Of a stretch of DNA of 45,024 nucleotides, positions 33,462-42,953 are shown one piece after another (position 1 is the first letter of the stretch; the number at the start of each line of letters is the position of its first letter). The notes beneath the pieces were generated by a model. That model did no database searches. It saw nothing but the letters and a program-made list of their open reading frames with translations, and had not been told where the DNA came from. Source of the DNA: an uncultured Phycisphaerae bacterium (GTDB lineage: Bacteria > Planctomycetota > Phycisphaerae > Phycisphaerales > SM1A02); assembly GCA_937899935.1 (NCBI GenBank), contig CALCOW010000150.1, forward strand, positions 1-45,024, read 5' to 3'. Position numbers and translations under genes: made by a program.

Positions 33462-36400
33462 TCACTGGCCAGGCATCGGCTCTGTGGGGTAGGGTGGTCG
33501 TGCTGGTTTTTCTGTGGCTTGGGTTTGCAACAATCGCATCGCCTCTTGGATACCCATATCTAATTGTGGATCGGCATTTGCATCGCGATCGGAAGGCGTA
33601 AGGGCGACCTCGATATCTGGTTCGACACCACGATTCTCAAGTGTCCATCCACCCTCCGCTTCCCACCAAGCGGCCTCTGGTTGCGTGTGATAGCCACCAT
33701 CAAGAAACGGCACCCCTTCGGAGATACCGATCACACCGCCCCATGTACGCGTGCCAATCAATGGTCCTAACTGCTTGCGCCGAAACATCGCTGGAAAGAT
33801 GTCGCCATCCGATCCAGCATGTTGATCTATGAGTGCGACCATTGGTCCTTCAAAAGTGCACCAAGGATAGGTCATGTCTATTCCATGACGAATGGAGTCG
33901 TAACCAAGCACTTCTCGAGCAAGCCGTTCAATGATCATCTGGCTCACAAAGCCGCCACCGTTATTGCGAATATCAATGATCAATGCGTCTTTTTTAATCT
34001 GTGGGTAGTAATAGCGACTAAACATCGTCAACCCAAGGCCGTCCATATCTGGGATGTGTAGATAGCCAACTTGGCCATCAGTCGCCTCCGCTACCATCTG
34101 TCGATTATTCTCAACCCAATCCAAGTAGCGCAAGGTCATTTCGTCAGCCAGTGCCTCTACCTCAATCACACGCGATTCAGACATCGGATCGTCGTCTTGA
34201 TTCTTGTCCCTCAATGAAAGACGTACGGTCTTACCTGCCTGCCCTTGCAAGTGCTTGTAAATATTGCTGTGAGCACTGACTGGCTGTCCATTGATTGCAA
34301 CAATGAGATCACCCTCGGAAACATCCTGCCACGCCGCATCTAATGGACTGGCCGCATCGCTGGTCCACCCTTGCGCTGGAAGAATACGGTCTATTCGAAA
34401 GCCATCCCTCTCAGCATGCCCATCAATACCAAGAAGGCCCACATCAATGTAATCAGCCCAATCTGCTGGATCACCGCCTCCGATATAGGCGTGACTGGCT
34501 TGTAATTCCCCATACATTTCGCCAATCAGATCATTGAGTTCTTCGCGAGAACCGATCTGAGGAAGCACGGCGCGATACTTCGCTCCAACAGCGTCCCAGT
34601 CGATACCACCCATGTTTGGTGCCCAGAAAAAATCCCTTTGTCTTCGCCAAGCTTCCTCAAACATATGTGACCACTCACTCGGAATGTCCACGTGTAACTG
34701 CTCCATGGATAAATCAACTGGCAACTCATCTCGTGTTTCGAGATCGAGAACCGCCATTCCCATATCACCTGAATAAGCAATCATGTTTCGGTCCATGTTA
34801 ATGGCGAATTCACCAACACCAGGAGCAATGAGCTCTGGCTCACCATCAATTGCATCCAATTTCATAATGCCATACTTGCCACCTGCCATATTGAGTTCCA
34901 TCCAATCGGCCTGCTCTTGTTGATCTAATCGCTCACCGGGCTCGTTGACATAAAGCAAGCCACCCCACGTTGCCTCAAGTCCAGCATATGAGCCCGCTGG
35001 CGTGGCAAACGTGTAATGACGGCGGGACAAACCCTCTGGATCTATTTCTATGGGCAATTCTTCATCAAAGTCCTCTTCATCATCCACCTCTTCATCGAAG
35101 TCCGACCACATTGGAGGCATGCTCCAATAGTCCACATCAAATTCGACTGACTGCATCGCCTTTGAATCTGGTGGAGGCGTATGCTCTGCCAATGGCACTG
35201 CCACCAGCCGATCGGTTGCGTCATGCACATGTTGAAAATCCAGGCTGCCCATCGCCGCAGAAAGATCTCTCCCAGAGACAAAGTACAAGTAAAGACCTGC
35301 TGGGTCCCAACGTGGCTGACTATCAGAGTGCAATCCATCGCTGATCGTAAACTTCTTTCTCGTATCGAGATTTAGTAAGTAAATCTGACTCACGCCAGTG
35401 TCCAGTGTCTGCGCGTATGCCAACCATTTACTATCTGGTGAAAAACGGTAGTCCGTCATCGGCTGTTGAGAATCGGTGGCAACCTTGATTGGCTCCAAGA
35501 GTGACATATTCGTGACATAAAGCGCAAAGGTTTTATCCCCATAAGCGATCCACTGGCCATCTGGTGACATTTGCGGTGGATATATCCACTTGTCGAGCAA
35601 ATCTGTGAGACCCATAGGCGATTCATCGCCGCTGGTTGAAAGTAAGGCCAGTTGCTGTTCACCTGAGCGATCTGTGATGATCAACAACTCATCTTCCGTA
35701 ACAAATGTAGCGCCCCATTCACGAACACCACTGGTTCGGGTGAGGCGTCGAGCCGTGCCATCAACCGGAACCATCACCAATTCACCGCGAGCCTCAACAA
35801 GAATCTCGTCACCTGCTGGGGACAGCGCAAAGGAGGTCATGTTCTCTTCAAGAGCAACGTGTCGTGGTCGCGATGCCACTCGATCACTGGCTATCGCAAT
35901 GGGAAGGTGCTCAACCCGTTCATCTGTTGTGAACCGCCCAAGTTGTCCTCCCTGTGAGAAAATGATTTGATTCCCACCGGGCTTCGCATCGTGACTTGGC
36001 CAACGAATATCGTGGGCCCTGACACCTTGAGATAAATCATTTGATGCGACCATCGTTGTGTGCTGTTTCAGATCTTCGCCATTTGGTGACATCGAAAATA
36101 TGTTCGGGGTACCACCGCGATCTGATAGAAAATAAACTCGACCCTGCATCCACATGGGATACATATCGTTGGCATCACTCTCTGTAAGCTTCGTGTAACT
36201 GCCACCAACAAGGTTGGCCACCCAGATATCGGGCGCTGTGCCTCCGCGATAGCGTTTCCAAGTCCAATCTTCGTTTGAGTGTGGTGTAAATGCGAGCTGA
36301 TTTCCACTCGAACTGAATGATGCTTGTGTACCCTCGCCAAAAGGAAGTCGCTCGGGCATACCGCCAGCTCGTGAGATTGACATGAGTTCGTCTCGATCAA

Positions 36401-36824
36401 GCGGATGGGCGCGAGCTGTACGAAAGAGAATGCGTTGACCATCGGGTGACCAAGCCACCGCGCGATCTGTTGCGGGGTGAAAAGTTAATCTTTGAGGACT
36501 TCCCCCAGCAACTGGCATGACATAGATGTCCGTATTGCCATCATATTCGCCAGAAAAAGCGACCCACTGACCATTTGGACTGAGGATAGGATCAGACTCA
36601 CTTCCATCACTACTCGTCAGTCGATGCGCAAGAATGGTCCCTTGCTCGTTCGTGTTGGAGAGAACCGCAGAAAAGAGATCACCCTCGCTAACAAAGACAA
36701 CTTGGTCACCAGTAATTGTTGGATGTGTGTAGTAGCCGCTTTCTTGCGCCTCGAGTGGTGTATCTAAAAACACCAGGAAGCTTAAAGCCAACAGTACATG
36801 GGCGTGGGGAATTCTTAATCTCAT
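33462..36824 (-). CDS. tricorn-type protease homolog (beta-propellers, PDZ, S41 peptidase domain), secreted
   Basis: The track ORF starts at 36890. I prefer ATG at 36824 (MRLRIPHAHVLLALSFLVFLDTPLEAQE, a signal peptide), which has GGAGAA upstream. N-terminal TolB/WD40-like repeats (SPNGQWVAFSGEYDGNTDIYVM; WSPDGQRILF). PDZ-like segment (GDLIVAINGQPV). C-terminal S41 core (ALIIDIRNNGGGFVSQ; VALIDQHAGSDGDIFPAMF...IGTRTWGG). Confidence 0.85.
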   Translation of the reverse strand: MRLRIPHAHVLLALSFLVFLDTPLEAQESGYYTHPTITGDQVVFVSEGDLFSAVLSNTNEQGTILAHRLTSSDGSESDPILSPNGQWVAFSGEYDGNTDIYVMPVAGGSPQRLTFHPATDRAVAWSPDGQRILFRTARAHPLDRDELMSISRAGGMPERLPFGEGTQASFSSSGNQLAFTPHSNEDWTWKRYRGGTAPDIWVANLVGGSYTKLTESDANDMYPMWMQGRVYFLSDRGGTPNIFSMSPNGEDLKQHTTMVASNDLSQGVRAHDIRWPSHDAKPGGNQIIFSQGGQLGRFTTDERVEHLPIAIASDRVASRPRHVALEENMTSFALSPAGDEILVEARGELVMVPVDGTARRLTRTSGVREWGATFVTEDELLIITDRSGEQQLALLSTSGDESPMGLTDLLDKWIYPPQMSPDGQWIAYGDKTFALYVTNMSLLEPIKVATDSQQPMTDYRFSPDSKWLAYAQTLDTGVSQIYLLNLDTRKKFTISDGLHSDSQPRWDPAGLYLYFVSGRDLSAAMGSLDFQHVHDATDRLVAVPLAEHTPPPDSKAMQSVEFDVDYWSMPPMWSDFDEEVDDEEDFDEELPIEIDPEGLSRRHYTFATPAGSYAGLEATWGGLLYVNEPGERLDQQEQADWMELNMAGGKYGIMKLDAIDGEPELIAPGVGEFAINMDRNMIAYSGDMGMAVLDLETRDELPVDLSMEQLHVDIPSEWSHMFEEAWRRQRDFFWAPNMGGIDWDAVGAKYRAVLPQIGSREELNDLIGEMYGELQASHAYIGGGDPADWADYIDVGLLGIDGHAERDGFRIDRILPAQGWTSDAASPLDAAWQDVSEGDLIVAINGQPVSAHSNIYKHLQGQAGKTVRLSLRDKNQDDDPMSESRVIEVEALADEMTLRYLDWVENNRQMVAEATDGQVGYLHIPDMDGLGLTMFSRYYYPQIKKDALIIDIRNNGGGFVSQMIIERLAREVLGYDSIRHGIDMTYPWCTFEGPMVALIDQHAGSDGDIFPAMFRRKQLGPLIGTRTWGGVIGISEGVPFLDGGYHTQPEAAWWEAEGGWTLENRGVEPDIEVALTPSDRDANADPQLDMGIQEAMRLLQTQATEKPARPPYPTEPMPGQ

Positions 36825-36906
36825 TTCTATTCTCCAACAGATGGTACAGACGGGCACAGAACTGCCAGGATAAGCAGCAAAGGCAATCAAGCCTAGGGCG
36901 GAGTTG

Positions 36907-37149
36907 CTATTGTCGCGATATTGACCAGACGGTCAGCCAGACGAAGGCTGTCAATGATGTAAGAAAGGCAATGATGCCAATCCACGTCCAGAGACCGCCA
37001 TTGCCCACCGCAATGACAACGCAGCCGACGACCGCAACAATAGAGATGATCAAAAGAAGTCGAGGCGATGCGGTGCTTGTCAGCTCGCCTTGCACCCATT
37101 CCTTCTCGGGCTTCAAAAGCCCCATCTTCTCAAGGTCTTTTAGGCTCAT
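36907..37149 (-). CDS. small two-TM membrane protein
   Basis: 80-aa ORF. Its ATG overlaps the stop of the upstream permease gene (ATGA). Two hydrophobic helices (LLLIISIVAVVGCVVIAV; WIGIIAFLTSLTAFVWLTVW). No homology recognised. Confidence 0.5.
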   Translation of the reverse strand: MSLKDLEKMGLLKPEKEWVQGELTSTASPRLLLIISIVAVVGCVVIAVGNGGLWTWIGIIAFLTSLTAFVWLTVWSISRQ

Positions 37150-39662
37150 GTAACTGGCTCCCTCGAGAGTAAGAAGTCAATGACTTTTTGCAATGCAAAC
37201 TTAGCCCGACCAGTTTTCATTTTCACCATCAACATTGGACCATCGTATTGGGAGGCAATCGCAAAGTGAAGATGTGTGAAGGAACGGCGTGTCAACCATG
37301 TTTCTGCGGCAGCACCCAGAATCAATAGATCTGCTTTCTGAGCTGCCTCACTAATAGGTACCACAATGCCACGTTCTTGCTTGCGTGTAATCTCTATCGG
37401 AAGATCTCTTAGAGGCGTACGGTTTGTGACCTCATCATCACCAAAGATCTCATTAAGAAGTTCTTCGTCATTGAATTCATCCTCTGTGTTAGGTCGCACA
37501 ATGCGAAGAAGTTCGATCACCGTTTCGGGGCCAGCGATCATCTCAGCAACACGGACTGAGTATCGAACCTGAGTTGGATTGGCGCAGGGGATGAGAATTC
37601 GCTTTGGATCATCTGGAATGGTGCCACGCAAAACGACCGTGTTAGCGTCTGCTTCTGCCAGAACACTATCGACTTCGGCGCCGATAAATAAACCCCGTCG
37701 CCTCGTAAGACTTGTGTGCTTACTTCGTGGTCCAGCCCAACCCATAACGAGCGTCTCTATCTTTCTTTCTTCAATCGTCTCAACGATCGATTGCGATGGG
37801 ATTCTTGAGAGGCGCACAAGACCGGCGCCTTGGCTACCCTTGGTATGTAGCTCATCCAACCCCTCGTTGACTACTGCCCTCGCCTCGCGAATGAAACGGC
37901 CGGCTGAAGCGTATGGAAGCTGCTCTGGAACCGCGACCACGTGAAGAACAATGATTGAACAACTTCCCTCATTCCAATTCGCCAGTCGCGCTGCTAAGTC
38001 AAGGAGGGGCGCTTTTGTACGAGGGTTAGCAACTGGAACCAAAATGCGTGCGTTTGAATCGGGGACGAGATCTTTATGTTCAAAAACGACTGGGGAAGCA
38101 CGATAGTCGTGTTCCTGTTTACGTGAGTAGGCATAGTAGAGAATAAGGCCTAGCGCAATCCAGCCCACCGCAATGGCGAGAGATATTGGCATATAAACGA
38201 AGAGAAAAACGGCAACTGCAAGCTGCCCGACAATAGCAATAATTGGAATAACTGGGAACGCTGGCGAAACAAATCCAAACCTCAGTTTGTCGCCATACTT
38301 TCGACGGATAGTGATGCTCGATAGGTTCACAATCGCGAAGACTAAAAGAAACAGTACACACGTTGCAGCTGCAACCGTCTCAACAGGTAAAGCAAGCGCT
38401 GTGATAAGAATGATCAGACCGCTTGCGAGCAGGGCAACAACTGGGGTACGTGTCTTTGGTGAGATGGCTGCCATTGCTGAAGGTAAATAACGATCACGAC
38501 CCATTGCAAAACTTACGCGAGTTGAGCTGTAGGTAGTTGCATTCAACGCACTCATTGTTGCAAGGACGGCCCCGATCACCAGGAGAATAGCGCCGGTACC
38601 CCACGGGAAAAACTGGTTGGCCGCGGTGGCCACACCCAATTCACCCTTGGATGCCATGTATTGCCACGTCTCACTGGCAAGCCAGCCTTCATTCAGCGTT
38701 GCTTGGTTTTGTGAAGCCAGAAGATCGTGCTCTGGTATCGAAAGGGCACCAAGACATACAACAGCAACCAGCACATAAATTGGGATCACAATCAAAAGTG
38801 AAATGAACACCGCACGAGGTATGTTTCTTCGGGGCTCAACAACCTCCTCACCAGCCTGCACAATGATCTCATAGCCTTCAAATGCGATAAACGTCAAGCC
38901 CATTGCTACAAGCACCCCACCAAAGCCATTGGGCAGCAGGGGCGTGAACTTGCTCCCAACAGACGTCACTGCAAGCCCCTCGCCCGAGGCGCCGCCATTA
39001 AACATTGTTGCAAGACCAACCAATATAAATATGCCAATGACGACGATCTTTGCCAGGGTGATGATGTTGCCTGCTTTGCCAGTTTCACTTGATCCGCGAT
39101 AGTTGATCCAAATGAAGAACAAGCAGACCAGGAGTGTGAGCCCTTTTGAGATCCAGATTGCGTCGATACCAAAGAGGGTGCCGACAGAATGTGGGTCCGT
39201 CGTTGGTCCCACTTCGCCCCAGCCAAATATTGTCTGCATACCCCAAACCAGGTAAACACCAAAGATGGCGGCATACAGCGCACCGGCAACAGCATGGGCC
39301 AGCCAATCCATCCAGCCGGCAAGGAAAGCGCATGGGCCTGGCAATCCAAACTTGACCCACAAGTAGCCGCCACCAGCACCAGGTATAGCGCTGCCAATCT
39401 CGGCATAGACCATTGCCGTTAAAAGTGTGAGAACGCCATTGAGACAAAAGGCCAAGATAAGCCCCGGCCCAGCAGCGCCAGCGGCGATGCCCACCAAAGC
39501 GAAAATGCCCGCACCAATCATGGCTCCAACACCCACCATTGTGATGTCCAAGAGCTTTAGATTGCGAGCCAGCTGTGTGACCGCTGGCCAATGGCCAGCA
39601 TCCGCCAGCACCGTATCGGCTTGCTCAGTATGAGGTGGGGTGGGGGCGTCCTTTGAAGCCAT
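37146..39662 (-). CDS. APC-superfamily amino acid/polyamine permease fused to two C-terminal universal stress protein (Usp) domains
   Basis: 838-aa ORF. The N-terminal 530 or so residues are polytopic with APC-type features (GVGAMIGAGIFALVG...; FIAFEGYEIIVQAGEEVVEPRRNIPRA). The C-terminus has two Usp-like units (ARILVPVANPRT...IIVLHVV... and KRILIPCANPTQ...LLILGAA). Confidence 0.82.
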   Translation of the reverse strand: MASKDAPTPPHTEQADTVLADAGHWPAVTQLARNLKLLDITMVGVGAMIGAGIFALVGIAAGAAGPGLILAFCLNGVLTLLTAMVYAEIGSAIPGAGGGYLWVKFGLPGPCAFLAGWMDWLAHAVAGALYAAIFGVYLVWGMQTIFGWGEVGPTTDPHSVGTLFGIDAIWISKGLTLLVCLFFIWINYRGSSETGKAGNIITLAKIVVIGIFILVGLATMFNGGASGEGLAVTSVGSKFTPLLPNGFGGVLVAMGLTFIAFEGYEIIVQAGEEVVEPRRNIPRAVFISLLIVIPIYVLVAVVCLGALSIPEHDLLASQNQATLNEGWLASETWQYMASKGELGVATAANQFFPWGTGAILLVIGAVLATMSALNATTYSSTRVSFAMGRDRYLPSAMAAISPKTRTPVVALLASGLIILITALALPVETVAAATCVLFLLVFAIVNLSSITIRRKYGDKLRFGFVSPAFPVIPIIAIVGQLAVAVFLFVYMPISLAIAVGWIALGLILYYAYSRKQEHDYRASPVVFEHKDLVPDSNARILVPVANPRTKAPLLDLAARLANWNEGSCSIIVLHVVAVPEQLPYASAGRFIREARAVVNEGLDELHTKGSQGAGLVRLSRIPSQSIVETIEERKIETLVMGWAGPRSKHTSLTRRRGLFIGAEVDSVLAEADANTVVLRGTIPDDPKRILIPCANPTQVRYSVRVAEMIAGPETVIELLRIVRPNTEDEFNDEELLNEIFGDDEVTNRTPLRDLPIEITRKQERGIVVPISEAAQKADLLILGAAAETWLTRRSFTHLHFAIASQYDGPMLMVKMKTGRAKFALQKVIDFLLSREPVT

Positions 39663-39716
39663 GGGTGGGCAGTGTACCGCAGCCTTAGATGCTCATTGTG
39701 GGGGCAGGTGTAAAGC

Positions 39717-40853
39717 TCAGCTGGATTGGCCTGGCAACCCACTTAAACCGCTGAGTAGCTCGGGAATACCCTTGCCACGCGTTGCAACGGTCTCGAATAT
39801 CTGCCGGCCCTCCGCAATATCGAGAAGTTCGCGAACCAGTTTATTTTCACCCTCAAAGTCGGCTTTATTGACCACAAATAGATCTGCGATCTCCAGAATA
39901 CCGGCCTTATCCATTTGGACTGAGTCCCCCATTCCAGGAACCACAACGACCACCGTGGTATCAACGTGGTTACGGATGGCACAGTCATTTTGACCCGCGC
40001 CAACAGTCTCAACAATCACGGTGTCAAAGCCCGCTCCACCAAGCAACTCGATCGTATCTGAGAGCCCTGAGTAGTCTTCTCCGACAATAGCTAGGCTTCT
40101 ATAGAAAACCGATTCGTCTACTTTATTAAAATCAACGCGGAGCCGATCCCCTAAAAGGGCGCCACTCGTAATTGGGCTCATTGGATCGAACGCAACCACA
40201 GCCAACTTACCACCCTCTCGAACGATCTCTGATGCCATTGAAGCAACCAATGTTGACTTGCCTGCACCAGGGGCACCGGTTAATCCAATCACATGTTGGG
40301 GTCGTCGCCGTGGAGCGTCACCAATCGGTCGCCCCAACTGTGCGAGTGTAATCTGCCTCGCTAATGCTGCAGTGGGATGCTCAAAGGATTTTTCGGAATA
40401 GGGCTTTGTCGCCTCAATCACACTATCAATGATGCTTGTCATGCTGGTGCCAGTGTGAAAGACTCTCGCAACACCAGCGTCTTCTAATGCCTTGATATCC
40501 GATTTAGGAATGATCCCACCAATGTTGATCGTCATATCCCCACGACCAAGATCTCGACATTCCTGAATAAGCCTTGGCACCAAAACCAAGTGTGAGTTGC
40601 TCATCATTGAACCAGCAATACAGTCAACATCTTCATCGCGCGCTGCGATCGCGAGGCTGCGGGGAGTCTGCCAAAGACCCGAGTAGATGACATGTACACC
40701 ACTATCACGCATTGCTCTGGCAATGAGCTTCACTCCACGATCGTGTCCATCCAGACCCATCTTGCCCAACAACACTCTTGGACGGTGGTCCGTTCCGATG
40801 CAACGATCCACTCGCTCTAGACTTGTTGTCGGTTCTGTGATTGCCTTTGCCAT
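39717..40853 (-). CDS. fusion of a cobalamin-binding domain (methylmalonyl-CoA-mutase small-subunit type) with a MeaB/ArgK G3E-family GTPase
   Basis: 378-aa ORF. N-terminal B12-binding Rossmann domain with the DxHxxG motif (RVLLGKMGLDGHDRGVKLIARAMRDSGVHVIY). C-terminal MeaB-type GTPase: P-loop GLTGAPGAGKSTLV, DPMSPITSGALLGDRLR, VIVETVGAGQ, VVNKAD. Confidence 0.85.
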   Translation of the reverse strand: MAKAITEPTTSLERVDRCIGTDHRPRVLLGKMGLDGHDRGVKLIARAMRDSGVHVIYSGLWQTPRSLAIAARDEDVDCIAGSMMSNSHLVLVPRLIQECRDLGRGDMTINIGGIIPKSDIKALEDAGVARVFHTGTSMTSIIDSVIEATKPYSEKSFEHPTAALARQITLAQLGRPIGDAPRRRPQHVIGLTGAPGAGKSTLVASMASEIVREGGKLAVVAFDPMSPITSGALLGDRLRVDFNKVDESVFYRSLAIVGEDYSGLSDTIELLGGAGFDTVIVETVGAGQNDCAIRNHVDTTVVVVVPGMGDSVQMDKAGILEIADLFVVNKADFEGENKLVRELLDIAEGRQIFETVATRGKGIPELLSGLSGLPGQSS

Positions 40854-41016
40854 GCGTGTCTAGTTTCTCGCTTCCAAGGTACCCTTATTGTGAGGATGGG
40901 GCTGGCAGCCAGTCCTCGAGTCAAAAGACAAAAAGTCAGTGCCAAGGGGTCCAAAATAGCAGGGAATGCCAACTTCTGTATTTGTGGCCTTGTGGGTGGC
41001 TATACTCCACCTTCCC

Positions 41017-42870
41017 ATGAACACCGCTGCCCCCAAGGATCAGCCTCAGAGCTTAACCGGTCGCATTGATAGCCTTCTGCGAGCGGCGATTGCCACTGTG
41101 CTCGAAGATCCCTCTGCGGATGTTGACCCTCTGATTCGTGCCAGCAGCAATCCAGATCATGGTGACTTTCAGGCCAATGTGGCCATGTCACTGGCCAAGA
41201 AACTCGGGCAAAAGCCGCGTGACCTGGCTGAAGCAATTGTGGCTGCCACTGAACTTGGCGAGCTTGCTGAACCAATGGAGGTTGCTGGCCCAGGTTTTAT
41301 CAACATCACACTCAAGCCGAGCGCTATCGCGACACAACTCGAAGCGATGAGTAATGAAAATCTCGGTGTGATTTCAGATGATGATGCGCACCCGATTGTG
41401 ATTGACCTCTGTAGTGTCAATGTGGCTAAGACGCTGCATGTGGGACATCTTCGCTCAACTATTATTGGCGACGCGTTGGCTCGGGTGCTCGAGCGCTTAG
41501 GCCGAACGGTTCTGCGTGAAAATCATCTTGGCGATTGGGGACTTCCGATTGCGCTGGTCCTTGATCGACTTCGAAAAGATTCTGTCGATCTAGATCAACT
41601 ACAGTTGGAAGATCTTGATCATGCGTACCGAATTGCTCAACAAGCAATTAAGGCCGATCCAAGAGGTCTTGATGTCGCACGTCAACGAGCTCTCTCACAT
41701 CGAGTTGCTGAACTAGAAGCCCAACAGCGAGGCGCTGATGAAGCGCTCGATTCTGCAAAACAGGTTCTCATCGGACTGCAACAAGGTGATCCAGAGCTCG
41801 TCTCCCAATGGGAAAAACTCATCGATTGCACCATGCGTTCTGTTTATGAGATGCTTGACTCGTTGGGCTCAAAGCTTGGCCCGGAACACAACCGTGGTGA
41901 GTCCTTTTACCGAGACCTTTTAGCAAGCACTGTTGAGACATTTGAGTCTGCAGGGGTGGCAAAGGCCAATCAAGGCGCCTTGGTTGTCGCCTTTGAAGAT
42001 CGAGAACGACCGTTGTTGATCCGTAAGTCTGATGGAGGCTTCTTATACGCCACTACAGATCTCGCCGCTATTGACCACCGAGTGCATGTGTTGGGTGCAG
42101 ACAGATTGCTCTACGTTGTTGATGCGCGACAACGAGACCACTTCCGTGACGTCTTTGACGCTGCTCGACTCATCGGCTGGGACAAGACAGCTGATGGTCA
42201 TAAAGTCGAGTTTTCACATGTTGCTTTCGGGTCCGTGCTCGGCAAGGATAAGAAGCCACTAAAAACACGAAGCGGCGATAACATCTCGCTGAGCTCCTTG
42301 CTCAACGAAGCCATGAGCCGTGGGCAAGCGGAGGTTCATCGGCGGGCGGCTGATCCCAAATCACCCACCCATGGTCTAGAAGAGTCACTTTTAGACGCAA
42401 CTGGTGCTGCCATCGGAATTGGTGCCGTTAAATATGCCGATTTAAGCAATGATCTGCTTCGTGACTACGTCTTCGATATGGACAGAATGATTTCCTTTGA
42501 AGGCAACACTGGACCATATTTGCAGTACGCCCATGCTCGGGTCTGCTCTATCTTTGCGCGCTCAGATGGCTCACCATTTGAAGATCAGCCTCTGATGCTC
42601 GATGAGCCAGAGGAGCGAGCTTTGGGATTAATGTTGCTTGCCTATGGTCCAGTCATTACTGATGTTGCGGCCAGCCTTGAGCCGCACCGCCTTTGCCAAT
42701 ACCTCTATCGACTTTCTGAATCGTACAACAGCTTCTATCAACAATGTCCCGTTCTGAAGACAGAAGACCCCGCGGTCCGAAAATCTCGACTGCGACTCTG
42801 TGATCTGGTGCGCCGCGTGCTTGCTGATGGCCTTGACCTACTTGGCATTGAAGCACCGCAGCGGATGTAA
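41017..42870 (+). CDS. argS: arginine--tRNA ligase
   Basis: The track ORF starts at 40966 with a hydrophobic, non-ArgS leader. I prefer ATG at 41017 (MNTAAPKDQ...). N-terminal Arg_tRNA_synt_N features (DHGDFQANVAMSLAKKLG...GPGFINITL), class I HIGH motif (NVAKTLHVGHLRSTIIGD), YATTDLAAI, and the C-terminal DALR anticodon-binding domain ending GIEAPQRM. Confidence 0.9.
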   Translation: MNTAAPKDQPQSLTGRIDSLLRAAIATVLEDPSADVDPLIRASSNPDHGDFQANVAMSLAKKLGQKPRDLAEAIVAATELGELAEPMEVAGPGFINITLKPSAIATQLEAMSNENLGVISDDDAHPIVIDLCSVNVAKTLHVGHLRSTIIGDALARVLERLGRTVLRENHLGDWGLPIALVLDRLRKDSVDLDQLQLEDLDHAYRIAQQAIKADPRGLDVARQRALSHRVAELEAQQRGADEALDSAKQVLIGLQQGDPELVSQWEKLIDCTMRSVYEMLDSLGSKLGPEHNRGESFYRDLLASTVETFESAGVAKANQGALVVAFEDRERPLLIRKSDGGFLYATTDLAAIDHRVHVLGADRLLYVVDARQRDHFRDVFDAARLIGWDKTADGHKVEFSHVAFGSVLGKDKKPLKTRSGDNISLSSLLNEAMSRGQAEVHRRAADPKSPTHGLEESLLDATGAAIGIGAVKYADLSNDLLRDYVFDMDRMISFEGNTGPYLQYAHARVCSIFARSDGSPFEDQPLMLDEPEERALGLMLLAYGPVITDVAASLEPHRLCQYLYRLSESYNSFYQQCPVLKTEDPAVRKSRLRLCDLVRRVLADGLDLLGIEAPQRM

Positions 42871-42953
42871 CAGATTGACGCTGAAATTTAAACACATTGA
42901 GGAAGAGTATTCTCGTGACAACGAAAGACACCCCTTCAAACGAAGTGATATTC

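Noticed and set aside
40854-41016. Cobalamin riboswitch upstream of the B12-binding/MeaB gene
   Set aside because: I could not find a B12-box-like element or the expected conserved GCCACUG core on the minus strand of this 163-bp spacer. The region is also shared with the divergent argS promoter. This needs an Rfam scan for certainty.
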